Position numbers and translations under genes: made by a program. A stretch of 63,083 nt of DNA, the filler included, from Platydemus manokwari (lineage: Eukaryota), in assembly GCA_037951405.1 (NCBI GenBank). It is 5 parts of 5 records of this genome, joined end to end, with 100 filler letters (N's around TTAATTAATTAA, not from the genome) between each part and the next. Parts side by side here need not be neighbours in the genome. Positions count along the whole stretch, not along the records: positions 10,156 to 20,809 come from JBBMOY011116774.1; positions 20,910 to 38,821 come from JBBMOY010655541.1; 3 more parts are not named here. The stretch is one strand, 5' to 3'. Positions within the stretch are counted from its first letter, which is position 1; each line of letters begins with the position of its first letter. Below, piece by piece: positions 14,226 through 27,499 of the stretch. The notes under the pieces are model-generated. The model ran no database searches. It was not told where the DNA came from and saw nothing but the letters and a program-made list of their open reading frames with translations.

Positions 14226-14821
14226 TCGGCCAATTTTAACACCAAGCAGGTATTTTATGCCATTAAATTAAATAAAACGGTTAACAAATTCTCATATATT
14301 TCTTCACTTATGTTATTAGATAATATTTAACGAAATGAAATCAAGGATTTTAAAGTAATAAATTTATCATGTAATAATACTTATAAACATGTAAAAATGT
14401 TCTAAAAACATAATTCATAATGATTATAATTCCAGTTAAAATTATCTTTACCGAAATCGATATCAACATTTCATTTTTTCTTATTAGCATTCGTGTAGAT
14501 TTTAAAATTAAAGTGACGAAAGCTTTTTAATTTTTTAAAAATTTTGATATCCATATTTGAGTTATGCCTTCTTCAGTAGTTGATATGAGAAGATTTGCTT
14601 GTCTGAGACTATTAAGGATAATAATTCTGTTTTTCATACTTTGTCTGATAATAAACTTTTAAAATTTATTTTCAAGATTTAGTTCAATAAATTTAATGAA
14701 AAGTTTCAAAAAGTAAAATTATTGTTAAAATTGATATTTTTATTCCATTTGAATTGATTTATTGAGTTCATATTTTCAAATCAGTTTCATCAATCCAATA
14801 ATGATATTAATCCAATAACTA

Positions 14822-15304
14822 GATGATTGGAACGATAGGCTTGTCCGATAGAAAATAATATTTATTTAACCAATAAAGACAATTTGTAAATTGAGACATA
14901 TAAACAAAACACCTTCATGATAATGCTCGACTGCTTAAGGCACGTTTAACTTAAATTAAGCTTGCTGAGATAGGTTTCACGTTGATACCGTATCCATCAT
15001 ACTATCCAGACTTTGGCCCTGTTTTTTATTATGAAAAACTAACTTCGTGGGAAAACGTATCACTTCACTGAATAATTTAACAATTATTTCGAAAAGTGAC
15101 TTGCTTCAAAACATGGGGAATTCTATGAAAACGACATAAAACAACTTCCAGAACGCTGTTAATAGGGCGTGGAGATTAAATGTGACTAATTTCAACATTT
15201 CAGATTTACAGACGATTAATGTTTTGTTTATATTTCTCAATTTACATATTTTCTTTATTGGTTAAATCAATATTATTTTCAATCGAACTTTTGTTCCAAT
15301 CCTA
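14822..15304 (+). mobile_element. Internally deleted mariner element with ~80-bp inverted termini
   Basis: gattggaac...tttaaccaataaagac...aattgagacatataaacaaaa mirrors ttttgtttatatttctcaattt...ctttattggttaaa...gttccaatc. The interior reads HDNARLL...IPYPSYYPDFGP and FYENDIKQLPERC, matching a mariner C-terminus. Confidence 0.85.
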
Positions 15305-16367
15305 TAATATTGAATTGATTGATTCAAGGCCATATTGATTAAGGATGAATAGAAACAACAACAAAATCAGTATTTGTCACTATCATCAGTTTCACTGAAA
15401 ATCATTATAAAAACATAAATTAAAACATCTTACAAAGAACCAACCAGTTATATTTTGTACATCACATGTCACCTTGACGTAATTTCTTGATATCAAACTA
15501 ATAATTTAATTTCAAAAATAAATAAACGTTTCCAGTTCTAACGATAGATAATCAAAACAACACTAAAATATCGCTCATATATTTACATAATTTCTGTTTT
15601 TGTATAAAGAAAAATATATAATTTATTTAATTGCTTTGATAAGAATGAAAATTAAAAAAAATTATGAAAAAATCTTTTATTCATAAATGAAATTGAGTAT
15701 TATAATTTGCCATACAGACGAACGGGGGAAAATTATTGCGATTCTTATGGAAATATTTTTATGAGGAAAATAATCGATAAAACTTTTTCCATTAAATTTT
15801 AATTTAATTCAATTTGGCCAGGTTGAATAAGTTGAAGTTTGTTTTATTAGGAAAATAAATAAGAGTTTATTTTTATGGATTTCTGCAACCTAATAGCGTA
15901 TCAAATATAAAACATGGGCAAAATATTTTCATATATTTTTATGGTCACACCAAATCATGTATTGAAATAGCAATTATAATTAATGGTTTGGAAAAATTAT
16001 TGTGATTAGAAACATACCCGACTGGCATCGACAAATTTAGGCATAATATCCCGGTTTTGGATGTCAGGATTATATCATATCAAACATGATCATAACTGAC
16101 AGTTGATTGCTGCTTAGTCTCTATAAGAAAAATCATGAGACAATTTTTATACAGATTCAATGAAACAAGAAAATTATAGGTTAAGCAATTTTATTATATT
16201 GAATAATACATTTATTGTTATACATTTTTTTATATGCATTATATTTGAAAAAACATTAAATCATTAATTAGGATTATCTTAATTAATTTAATTGATTATA
16301 TGTTAAGCAAGATTACTTCTTTGGATTTCCAAACTGAGCATTGTAGAATAGTTATTGAATAGTCATC

Positions 16368-18470
16368 ATGGTTGAACATATAAGCAGTAATAAACTAAGT
16401 GAACCAACATCGGCTCAAAATTCAATAGATTCAGGACTCCATACGAATCTATCTGTACTAGCCGCCAGTAGTTCAAGTAAATTAACAAGATCTTTAGACT
16501 ATTGGAGTAAACATAATCCATTGTTGATGGCGGAAGAAATATTTTTCGAATCTCGTGAACATTGGACTGGAGATTTAGATTTTATATTTTCATGCATCGG
16601 TTATTCATTTGGTTTGGGGAATACTTGGAGATTTCCATTCAATAGTGTAAAACATGGCGGTGGTTCATTTTTGGTAGCCTATTTGGTATTGATGATTGTA
16701 GTTGGTTTACCAGTCCTTTTTTTGGAATTATGCTTGTCTCAGTTTACTAGTAAGAGCATTACTGAATGTTGGTATTTTGTACCAGGATTCCGAGGTATTG
16801 GCTATTCAATGATTTTAATGAGTTTATTTTGTTGTATTAATTATGCATTAGTCCTTGGTTGGATTTTATTTTATGGTATTAATAGTCTGAGGCTTAAGTT
16901 ACCGTTTCTAACTTGCGACAATCCTTGGAATGATGTAAAATGTGTTCCTTCTGGAAGTGTAGTTGTTAATTCGACCAATAAAGAATCGTCATCGGAACAG
17001 TTTTGGATAAGATTTGTAACAACTCGAGTGTCGTTTGATGGTACCACAATTTATGAAATTTCTGATGGACCACAAACTTTGATTTGGTATTCTTGTTCGT
17101 GTATGATTATATCATGGTCGATAGCTGCGGTCATGCTTATAAAAGGTGGAAGGGTGATAGAAAAATACTATTTGATATCAATGATTTTTCCATATATTTT
17201 AATGATAAGTATCATTATATTAGCTTCAAATTTGACAGGTTCATTTCAAGGATTTCTTCTTTTTATAGTTCCACAACATAGCCATTTAATTAAAGTCCAT
17301 ACTTGGTACGCTGCTTCGGAACAATTGTTTTTCTCCTTAGGAATTGGATTAGGAGGTATGTTAACAATGGGAAGCTTAAATGATTTCCATAGTAGCATAC
17401 AAAAGCATGTTTTACTAATTGGTTTATCGAATTTTTTCACTGCATTATTAAATAGTCTGGCATTGTTTCTGGTAATCGGATATATGATACACAAATATTC
17501 TTTTACTAGAGAAAATTTGTTTGAATTAGCTGGTAATGGATTAATATTTTTCGTTTTTCCCGAATGTTTTGGTAGTTTTAGGTATTCTCAACTGACATCT
17601 AGTCTATTTTATTTTACCATATTTATATTAGGCATCGATAGTATGCTTGTAATGATAAACTCAGTCATTGCCGGATTTGCTTACATATTTCCTGCAATTG
17701 AACAAACTAAATATCATCGAATATTATTCGTCTTAGCGCTCATCTTTGGTTGCGTAATTTTTTCATTGCTATTTGTGACAAAAGTTGGATATAACTGGTA
17801 TAAAATACTTGAAAAATATTCTGTATCTCTGAATCTCATCATTGTCGGTTTAATAGAAGTGTGTCTTGTTGCTTATATTTATGGAATAACAAATTTTTCA
17901 CGTGATTACAACATGATGTTATCGAAAAACATGCCTCTGGTTTGGAAGCTTTTGTTAATTTTCGTCACTGGTCCTATTCTTTCTGTGATCGTGATTTTTG
18001 CTCTCATTCAATGGCAGAGAACAAATTTAGGTTATAGTTTTCATGCCCATACTTTCCCAATTTGGGCAGACATTGTGGGTTTTGAAATATTAATTTTAAC
18101 TTTACTACCAATTCCTGGATATTTTATCTGGTACTCATTGGAACAAATGAACGATGATGATATAACGTTTGTCCAAGGTGCTCGACATGGAATTTCACCT
18201 AATTTTCAATGGGGACCAATGAAAAAACAAAATTGGATGCTACACGTATACTATAAAGAAAGATTAACGAAAGTTAAGGAATTCAGCGAGAATTATCAAT
18301 GTGGGGTTGGTATTGCTAGGAAGAGCATTGTTATGCCAAAATGGTTTGAAATGTCTAAGAAAGAAATTTTTGATGATGATTATTCTGAAAGACGTTCTAA
18401 AAAAGTTGATTCAGCTTCTTCTAAATTTACTAACCGAATATTTATAAGACGTCGCAGTCAAAGCAAATGA
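16368..18470 (+). CDS. SLC6 / sodium:neurotransmitter symporter family transporter (amino-acid type), intronless, 700 aa
   Basis: Motifs REHW, SCIGYSFGLGNTWRFP, GGGSFLVAY, GLPVLFLE, CDNPWN, QLFFSLG, GIDS and YIYG..NF..D; about 12 hydrophobic segments; Gly rather than Asp at the TM1 substrate position. Confidence 0.95.
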   Translation: MVEHISSNKLSEPTSAQNSIDSGLHTNLSVLAASSSSKLTRSLDYWSKHNPLLMAEEIFFESREHWTGDLDFIFSCIGYSFGLGNTWRFPFNSVKHGGGSFLVAYLVLMIVVGLPVLFLELCLSQFTSKSITECWYFVPGFRGIGYSMILMSLFCCINYALVLGWILFYGINSLRLKLPFLTCDNPWNDVKCVPSGSVVVNSTNKESSSEQFWIRFVTTRVSFDGTTIYEISDGPQTLIWYSCSCMIISWSIAAVMLIKGGRVIEKYYLISMIFPYILMISIIILASNLTGSFQGFLLFIVPQHSHLIKVHTWYAASEQLFFSLGIGLGGMLTMGSLNDFHSSIQKHVLLIGLSNFFTALLNSLALFLVIGYMIHKYSFTRENLFELAGNGLIFFVFPECFGSFRYSQLTSSLFYFTIFILGIDSMLVMINSVIAGFAYIFPAIEQTKYHRILFVLALIFGCVIFSLLFVTKVGYNWYKILEKYSVSLNLIIVGLIEVCLVAYIYGITNFSRDYNMMLSKNMPLVWKLLLIFVTGPILSVIVIFALIQWQRTNLGYSFHAHTFPIWADIVGFEILILTLLPIPGYFIWYSLEQMNDDDITFVQGARHGISPNFQWGPMKKQNWMLHVYYKERLTKVKEFSENYQCGVGIARKSIVMPKWFEMSKKEIFDDDYSERRSKKVDSASSKFTNRIFIRRRSQSK

Positions 18471-19449
18471 AATAATATCCTGCTTTGTGATTTTGAAAAT
18501 TTTGTGCTTTATTTTTTATTAAATTTCAACAAGGTGCTAAGATTATTTATAAGGAATTCGATTACTTAATAGAAGTAAATCAAAAAATAATAAAAGCATA
18601 TTTGACTCGATTATTTATTTATACTTTTCGGATTATATTATTGTCACTGCATTATTACAGGATTTTTACATGAAGTTAAAGGTGATTGAAGTTATTTTTT
18701 TATTTTTAACCAGCGCTGGAAGTTGTTACTTGATATAATCAATGAATTTAAGAATTCTAGTTGGTGATAATTAGTGTATTTAGAGGTCTATATCCCAGCA
18801 AATTTATATTTTATATACTATTCTACTACTGTAATATACTATTCAATTAAGAATGGTTTTGATTGAGGTTGAGTTGAATGATTCGGATTGAATTTTATTT
18901 GACAACGACTGTATTGTGTCGAATTAATTAACCCAGTCTAAAATGAATATGTTTGAAGTTATTTTGTATTATTTTGTTTTTCATTTCTTTAATTTGAATT
19001 CTAAAATGGGTTTCAAGTACGGAATAAATCAAATCTCTTGATGGATGATTATAAAAAATGGTTTTGAGACAAACTGGAAACAGTAGATGATCATAATACT
19101 AGTGATATTGTGTTGAGATTGAGAATTAAAGCACGAAATAGATCAATTATCAACGGATTACCTACATTTTACTTTTGCATATCTAAAAGGACTTAGCCTT
19201 GAAATATTTTTTAATTTAAACAGTATAATATATTTACAATAAAATCTGTATTAACTTGTTACTTTCTGGGCGTAATAAACTTTAATTTATAATAATTGAC
19301 TTGCTGACACTCAACTATTTATATTGATCTCGGGAGTAACAATGATTCTAGGGCAGTAATTAACCTCTGTATTAGCATTTTTCTTCGCTTCAACTGTTCT
19401 TTTGATCGTAGGAAGATGAGTTAACAGATATTTGGACAATGTATTTATG

Positions 19450-20100
19450 AAGAATTATGTATTTAATCTAATTTGTAAATCTGTGAAGGCATCCCACACC
19501 TCCATTACAATAATAGTGTTCAATGGTGTTACAATTTCAGAGAATAGGCAATTCAATTTTATTTAACAAATTTACCTTGTTGATTTCGATAATTGAAATG
19601 ATATTATAAATCTTAAAGGCACGATAGATAAATAAAACATTTATTACGAATATACAACTAATTAAAATGTCTTTATTCATTTCTTTTATGTACTGAAACG
19701 TTGGACAATAGTTACAAAAATTCTCAGAGGTTTCGTAACCGATATGCTTATTCGTAACTTTTTTTTCACCAGGATAAAGTTACCTCTATAGTTATGGAAG
19801 AATAAGAGATTATAGATTGCAAATAATTTTACACTAAACTATCTTACTTGCTTAGAACATTTTAATTCTTTTTCCAATTCGACGCCGGTAATATACAAAT
19901 TTAACTAATAATAAGTAAAACTTCATATTTTTATTTTTCAGCAATGAAATAATACCGATAACAAATCACTTTCAAAGATTTTAATATCATTACCAATAAA
20001 AGATCAAATCAATATATTTTCAAATAAATGTCATACATTCATGTCAACCATTCAGTTTTCGTTCACGGTTTTCGAGGGTTGAGATTTGTTCTTCGGGAAA
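19450..20100 (-). mobile_element. Possible piggyBac transposase relic
   Basis: Minus-strand IEHYYCNGGVG (~19490-19525) resembles YNxxMGGVD; upstream TVNE...IKIF resembles TVDE...GIKI. Very decayed. Confidence 0.22.
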
Positions 20101-20809
20101 AACTGCTGATAATTCGAAGATTGAGAAGATTGGTGTTTCTGGTCCAACAACCTTTTACACATCAACAAGTTATCGTAACAACTTGTTTTTTGATTTTTTA
20201 ATAAGCTTAATCAATATATTTTTTATTATGGGAAATCTTTCAATATTTTTAAACGTTGGGATCACCTACTCAACTTTTCATAAATAATATAACATAATAT
20301 ATTCCCCCACTTCGAGTACAAATAACACAGTATATATTCATAATTCACAATAAAATTCATTACAAAGAAATGTATTTGCATACACAATAATGCATTGATT
20401 GTAGGCGAGAAGAAGCCAAATTCAAATCAAATCCTATTCGAATCAATCCAATTGAAATTTACAAAAAATACAGTAAACAGTGAATAGATGTTTATCTGTT
20501 CAAATATACATTGATAAAATGATTGTTTGACTTTGAATAAGTATTATTGTAGCTTGTGATAATCAGTATTAAATTCTAAATCAACATAACAGCAGAGTAG
20601 ATTTAGCATACCTTTAGGGTAATTCAGTTGATCAATTCCGTAAACGTCGTCATAAATACCCGTTTTTGAAATCCCCTGAGAATCAGAGGAAAGTATAATG
20701 TTAAAATGCATAAATAAATCATCCTTAAACAAAAATCTATTGGGTCTATAACTTAAAAACCGGAATTTTTTTAGAACAATTGAGTGTTTATTAAAGAAAA
20801 TCTTGTACA

Positions 20810-20909
20810 NNNNNNNNNNNNNNNNNNNNNNNNNNNNNNNNNNNNNNNNNNNNTTAATTAATTAANNNNNNNNNNNNNNNNNNNNNNNNNNNNNNNNNNN
20901 NNNNNNNNN
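20810..20909. other. Artificial contig spacer
   Basis: Same 100-bp 44N-TTAATTAATTAA-44N linker. Confidence 0.97.
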
Positions 20910-21618
20910 ACTTTATACATGGTCATCAAATTATCTAAAAATATATTTTTTTTGTCGTATTGATGGCACACATATTTCCTGAAATCATGTTATCATGGCC
21001 AAATGAGATACAAAACAAGTTTATTAAAATCTGAATTCGTGAATTATATTATGAAACAATAAATTTAAAGTAATTTTTATAATTATTATGCATTATCATG
21101 CGTTATATATATCATGCGATGATATTATTGGATATTTATTTAAAACATATATTTTTCGATATTGATATGATGTAACCAATGAGAGAGTAATATTTGATGT
21201 ACCTTTATAAATGGCTTTATCAAATAAAGAATGCAGTAGACAATGCAATAAAATGGCAACAGATATTCCAATAAATATTATATTGAACGGATGTGATGAA
21301 AAATGATAATTGGAACCGTTTATTAGGAATCAATTTATGAAATTATGAGTTTCGATTAATCGATATTCATATTTTTCTAATAAAAATTGAAGTGTTCATA
21401 TCGCCAACATTTTATTAACCCACAGGAATACAAATAATTCAATAGTTCCCCTAATATTAAACCGGTTAAATTGAAGAGGTTATGTTCCATTTAATTTTAT
21501 CCATTCATCAATAAATGACATACTCACTGATATTTTGACCAACTTTATACATGGTCATCAAATTATCTAAAAATATATTTTTTTTGTCGTATTGATGGCA
21601 CACATATTTCCTGAAATC
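20910..21618. repeat. Perfect 77-bp direct duplication (20910-20986 = 21542-21618)
   Basis: Identical sequence; the first copy abuts the contig start. Confidence 0.9.
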
Positions 21619-22056
21619 TTCACAAGGTTTGTTGAGATTTGAAATCTCTGATCTTTCGTTCTTTATCGGCAAAGATTCTAAATTAATATAACATATATTT
21701 CAATTTAAAATAAAAGATATATCTCGTTAAAACAAAACATTTAAAATTTCCTTCAATATTTTCATATAAATTACTTTTTTTTATTAATATCTACCTTATC
21801 AATATGAAGTGCTCATCAAGTTTAATTTAACTTTTACTGGTACGATTTGAAAAAATATTATTATAAATTACTTTCATCTCTACATAAAATAATATTTTTG
21901 ACTGAATATTATCATGTACACAACACACAGCTAGAGAGAGTATTTTATCAATAATATACCAGATAACATTCAATAAAATTACTCACTAGAAAGGAAAAAG
22001 CCAATTTGCAAAGCAATACAAATCACTCGCAGTGAGTTGTCAAAGAAGTGTAACAT
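20990..22056 (-). pseudogene. Neprilysin / M13 peptidase-like gene fragment
   Basis: Exon 22056-21987 encodes a hydrophobic N-terminus MLHFFDNSLRVICIALQIGFFLS followed by a gtgagt donor. Exon 21677-21528 has NKPCEDFRKYVCHQY (cf. M13 DPCEDFYxYAC). Exon ~21376-21203 has GISVAILLHCLLHSLFD (cf. GxVIGHEITHGFD) and one in-frame TGA. NLFCISFGH lies near 21000 (cf. QLFFISFAQ). Confidence 0.45.
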
Positions 22057-23499
22057 TTCACTAAATTCTGCCACAGAACCAGAAATATATACACGATTTT
22101 TGCATGCAGGAACAGCCAAAAATAATTAATGTAAAAATTGAGTATATTTCTTTTAATTTTATCCAATCAAACAAACAAAAAATCATTATTAAGTACCATT
22201 AATATTTATAAATGAGTTATCAACAATTTTTCAGTATATCGCAATTTAATTTTGGAAATAATTAAAAAATAGTGAAAAATCAAAATTTATTGAAAACATA
22301 TTGATTGCAAATTAACTGTTGTCTTTGAATATTTTAAAACAGACTGTAAATTACGAGTATGGTGTGTAAAGATTGAAGATTATTAATGTATTAAAAAGTA
22401 GCAAAAATACAGAAAATCTAAAAGAAACCAATACGAGATATTTTTACATTATACACTGAGAACGTTTTTAGGCACTGCTACCAAGATCTTCTGAGTGTAA
22501 AATTTAAAATATGATTTTAATTTAAAAGATAATTTAAAGTGTGATTAGTGCTTTCGTTTATTGCATTACATAGGTTGTTGCGGTGAGCTTCATTTCGATT
22601 ATTGCAAGAAAACTTTATTAGCTCAATTAAATATATCGATTTTAATTAGGAACCATATCCTAGGTTGTGTAAATTAACAGAGTCAGTGATGACCACGAAA
22701 TTACATAAAAAACAAAAATTAATTGAACGGTTTTACAAAAATAAGCTTGGATATTTATTGCTTCAGTTGAGCTTGAAAAAATGGAACAATGTGATAGATA
22801 TTTATTGACCATGCTAGTAACAGTAATCACGACAATTTTGATAATATTATTCATTGAGTTTCAAGATGTGACTGATAGGACATAAATTGGCTATTAAGTG
22901 TCGGGACCAAAAAAGAAAAGAAACTCTGATGATGAGCTTTACAACATTTTTATCAATAAAATGAGGTAAATATTGCAAATCAAGTACCTTTTTGTCGAAA
23001 TAATTTTCAATTATAAAAGTGTTTTGTTATAAAATTATAAAAATTTATTTTAAATCTATTTTATTACTTACTTATTATAAATAGATGATATGGAAATATT
23101 TTTAAATTTTGTAACATCAATCTCGAATATCTTTTCGAATATTATTCCGATTTTTATCCTGATAGCTGATTCGTGATCAACAATCTTTTCCCTTTAAATG
23201 GATATATTTTCCATCAAATTTTATTTTCAAAAAATTAAAGTTTCTCGACAATTGAACCCCACCTCGATGAACCCCTATAATATAAATAATAACATACGTA
23301 TTTTTTATTATTAATCTTAAATTAGAGTTCACCGCGTTGAGCTACTACAACAAAAATATTAATATTTGAACTTATTTTATTATAAATCTAAAAAGAGCAG
23401 AAACATAAATAAAATAAAGACTCACTCTTAAAATGCATTATATATTTATTTCATTGTATGTTAAATTAAAAACTTATTCTTGCCGAATTATCAATTACC

Positions 23500-25245
23500 T
23501 TTGACCAAAATGTTGAACCGACAACTGAAGTTGACCTAGATCAAACACCGGAGATCAACTTAACTCCACCAAAGCAAAATATTATGATGAAAACACCGTA
23601 CAGATGGGCTAACTAAACAACATCGCTAAAAACAATGATCTGATCACCAATTTGAAAAGGGGCATGGATGATATTAAAAGCATTCTCCTAGTCACGCTGC
23701 AAGAAGTTAGGTATGTAGAGAAAAGAAGAATGAAGACGAAGACGAGACAACTGAGGAACATGGCGAAAACATGCGGAATGTTGAGCAAATACGACAATCG
23801 CAACCACAATCACAACCATAACATCACAATAATGATTCTCACCGCTTACTAGAACTTGTTTATTAAGTAGAAGCCCGCATTACATTTCAGGCCAAAAAAG
23901 CCTCTAGTGTTCATCAAGAAATTTCCAAAATTTTCAGAAAAATTACAAATTAAGACCTCGAGTAACTAAACAAGACTGACGGAGTAGCACTGACAGCAAC
24001 TCCGGTAGAATAATAAGAATGCAGTCAGAGTAATGTAATCCGCTTTGGTTCAACGGAGACAACATAGACGATTACATAATTAGGAACATCAAAACAGAAA
24101 TATTATGCTACTTCAAATCCCATGTCACAGAAACTATTATTCTTCATACTCTAGACATAGTGAAAGCCTGGATTTGTCAAGCTACTCTCAAGAAATTTCG
24201 CCTCATTGTCACTCCAATCAACATAAAAATCTGCATTGGGCACTACCAGTCGGATCCAAAAATGAAGTCGATCCATCAGGAGACCAAAGTGCATTCTTGT
24301 GTAGACCAACCGCATAAGCTAGCACATTAATCAAAACAATTAAATATTGTAACAATTTGGGCCAATACAACGATAAATGAACCGTTGATGCAAGACTAAT
24401 AATGACGACTACGAACCCTTGATATGCGGATATGCAGTAGACATCTTCCAAAAGAAATCAATTAAACGCACCAACGTGGAAAATATTAGATTAAACATGA
24501 AAATTAGCAGCTTCAGTGAAAGGGATATAAATATCAGAGAAGTCCAGGCAGAAAACCCACATTGAAACATAGGTAGATGAGCACCTTCGGCTTTCTAAGA
24601 GACACGTGGTCGTTTTATACGGAATGTTTTTAATTTTAGTCCTGCCCATAAACAAATCATTAGCCACCATGAACATCGCGAAAATCAAAGAAAACCCTTC
24701 TTTCAGATACTTTAACAACACAGATATCATCGTCTGCCTATACTCCTGAAGTGCAAAAAATGGATCCTCATAATTACAACTATTAGCAACAATAAAATTG
24801 CCTTCCGAGACTCAGAAGGAAATTTAAAAAACAACGAAAATACTGAAATACTAATACTTTAAAAGACAACTTGTCCCATATTATGTGGTAGAAATATAAT
24901 CTAGAAATCAATGAAATGAATGAAGACAGACTCCTGCAATCCAACTTTGGAGACAGCAGACCTTGGTATTTGAGCACATCACTTACACACCTACAATATC
25001 AAGTTAACTTAAATCAACGAACGATCAATAAAAGAGAATGCGAATACAGCGCTCCACTACCACCAAAAACGTATCAAAAAAAACAATAATTACTTGCAAT
25101 ACCTAACGATGCTCCTAAGGATACCCTGAAAATCAGAAGTAACTTAGAGGACGATTTGGCAAAGAATCTTAAAGAAGAACTAATCAACGAAACATTTCAA
25201 ATCATCTGTGAATATGTAAAAATCATGTCCATAAATAAATTATAA
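23500..25245 (+). mobile_element. Degenerate long ORF with two Ulp1/C48 cysteine-protease-like domains; probable 5' part of a NeSL/R2-type non-LTR retrotransposon
   Basis: WFNGDNIDDYII...LIVTPINI/KNLHWAL (24046-24245), NNDDYEPLICGYA (~24400), then TDIIVCLY/KWILIITTISNNKIAFRDSEG and LQSNFGDSRPW (24720-24970). Stops and frameshifts are present, and GC is higher than in the flanks. Confidence 0.6.
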
Positions 25246-25899
25246 TTCAAATAAAATTAAGATTAATAATTAAAAATATTTTTAAATGATTATTATATTG
25301 AGAATATTTAATATTTGTGTTTAAAAAATGGTAAATTTTAAAAAAGTATTTTTTGTATTATTTTATTTAGATTATTTTAAGAGAAATTTTATACAAACAT
25401 TGAACAGTTTAAAATGTGTGGATTTTCTTTTTAAAGAATGTTGAAAATAATCAAATATTTGTCTAAAATGAATGTATTATAGAAATATATTATTAGTGCG
25501 GTGAAATTATGTCTTTTGAATTAAACATGAAAAATGAAGAAGTTTTAGCAACCAACACCCTTAATTAGATTCAGTATGGACCAATTAAAACGTAACATCT
25601 CGTAAAGTATAATGTTAGTCATCTCAAACTAATCAAAAGAAAGAAAAAAATTACAAAAAGGATGTATAATTGAATTGAGCAATCCTAATCTTTGAATTTC
25701 GATTTAATTGTTTCAATTCACCGGTTTTGAATAATCACTTTCTATTTTGCCCGAAAGTCGAGCGATCTGAACAATTATTAACCCCTATTCTGCCAGAGGA
25801 TCGGAGATGATAAAGCCAGATTCTTTGGGAATTCTAATGAGTAGATTTTGTTTTGCACTAAGACTAGCGAGTATTGAAGACTAATCTGAAACTTAGAAA

Positions 25900-26060
25900 C
25901 TCGGGAAGTAAAAGACAGAAACGCAAGTTGAATAGGATCGTTCTTTTTAATCTAAGGTCTGAGAGGTCAAGATTGAAATAAAGAATTATCGATTGAAAAA
26001 CGATAATCCACCGTTATAAATCATGACCGACTGAACAATATAGATTTTATAGCAATGATA
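25900..26060 (+). mobile_element. Gypsy integrase C-terminal relic
   Basis: GSF...KNYRL...TVINHDRL resembles the GPF...Y...VHxDRLK motif. Confidence 0.4.
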
Positions 26061-27499
26061 CTAGTTTGCCGTTGAAGACCGGTTTGGAAAAAATACAGAA
26101 CATCGCTGTTCATCCAAAAATCTTCTGCGGGAATTACTCGATCATGCCCGTTGTCTTCTTCTAAATAGACCTTAGATTAATGTTCTTGCTTTTTCTCGAC
26201 GCTTTCAACTTATATAAAGGTAAATAGAACGGCGTAGATAACAATTTATTTTAACTTAAATCCTATTCCTGCTACTATACTGCCTCAACGATGTTATTTA
26301 TTAGTATCAATATTTATTCACTATCAATTATTTACTTTCAGTCTCAATTGATTTAATAATGCGCCACATCAATTTGAAAAGGTGATGAGTGATAATTAAA
26401 TATTTAATGATAAATTTGTGAATCCAATAAAAGCTAAATGAATATCAAAAATAATTTTAACACCAAAATATGTATTACAATTAACTATTATAAATTTAAT
26501 GCTTTTATGCAATTATATGATTTAAATTCTACTTAAATATCCTAATCCTAATCACAGGTAGTGAATGATCTTGAATGTTGCGTTATAGTTATTCTTATGT
26601 AACAACTCTGGAAATAATGATTTCAGTCACTGCTTTATATAGGCAGAAGTGAGTCATTGAATTTTTATGAATTATTTTGAAGGCAGTGCATATATGTTTA
26701 TTGCATTAGGTTTTATTGTATTCTCTGCGATTAAATGCATGGTTATTATTTTATTTAATGATTAGCTAATATTTTATTCTATCTGGATATTTTATTTACT
26801 ATGCGCGATAGATTATTATTATTGATTATTTCATCGATAAATTCCTTGTGTATCGTTTGAATGAGTGAATTTATTATATGGTAATTTTAATGGGTTTTAT
26901 TAGTGTCGGGTTATTATGAAGATTATTATTTGGGGTTATTAGCAATATATCTCTCCGAATTGTTCAGCAGCTTCACTATGATTCAAAGTTTCATTATGGT
27001 TTGTTATTACCGAAAGTTTTAAAGTGAATTGTGATGGAAATCCATCAGCTTATATAGATGCTGAGATTCGGTACTTTGTATCTAGGATTTTCCATCACTT
27101 TTGTAAATTTTTAATCGTTATTTTACCTTAGACCCTTATTAGCCATCTTTTTAAAAGTTCTTAGTCTTAAAATTATTATTAAATTGTCTGACCTTATAAA
27201 TTTTATTATCAAATAATTAACTAAATATTAAATTTCTTTTTCACTCATTATCTCATTCCTCATCTGATTTATAAATAATAATGTATATTTTATACACTTC
27301 TGATTACAATAATTTATATTTTTTATTTTGTATTTTAATATCATTTATTTTTCACATATCATATCATAAAAATAATGTCATATAAAATTAATCATTTCAA
27401 ATAATAACATTACAAGTGCTTTACAAATCAAAAGATGCAAAAGTCAAAAATAGTCAAACTCTAGATCAAGTTATAAAGGTTATATTATCATGATTAGAA

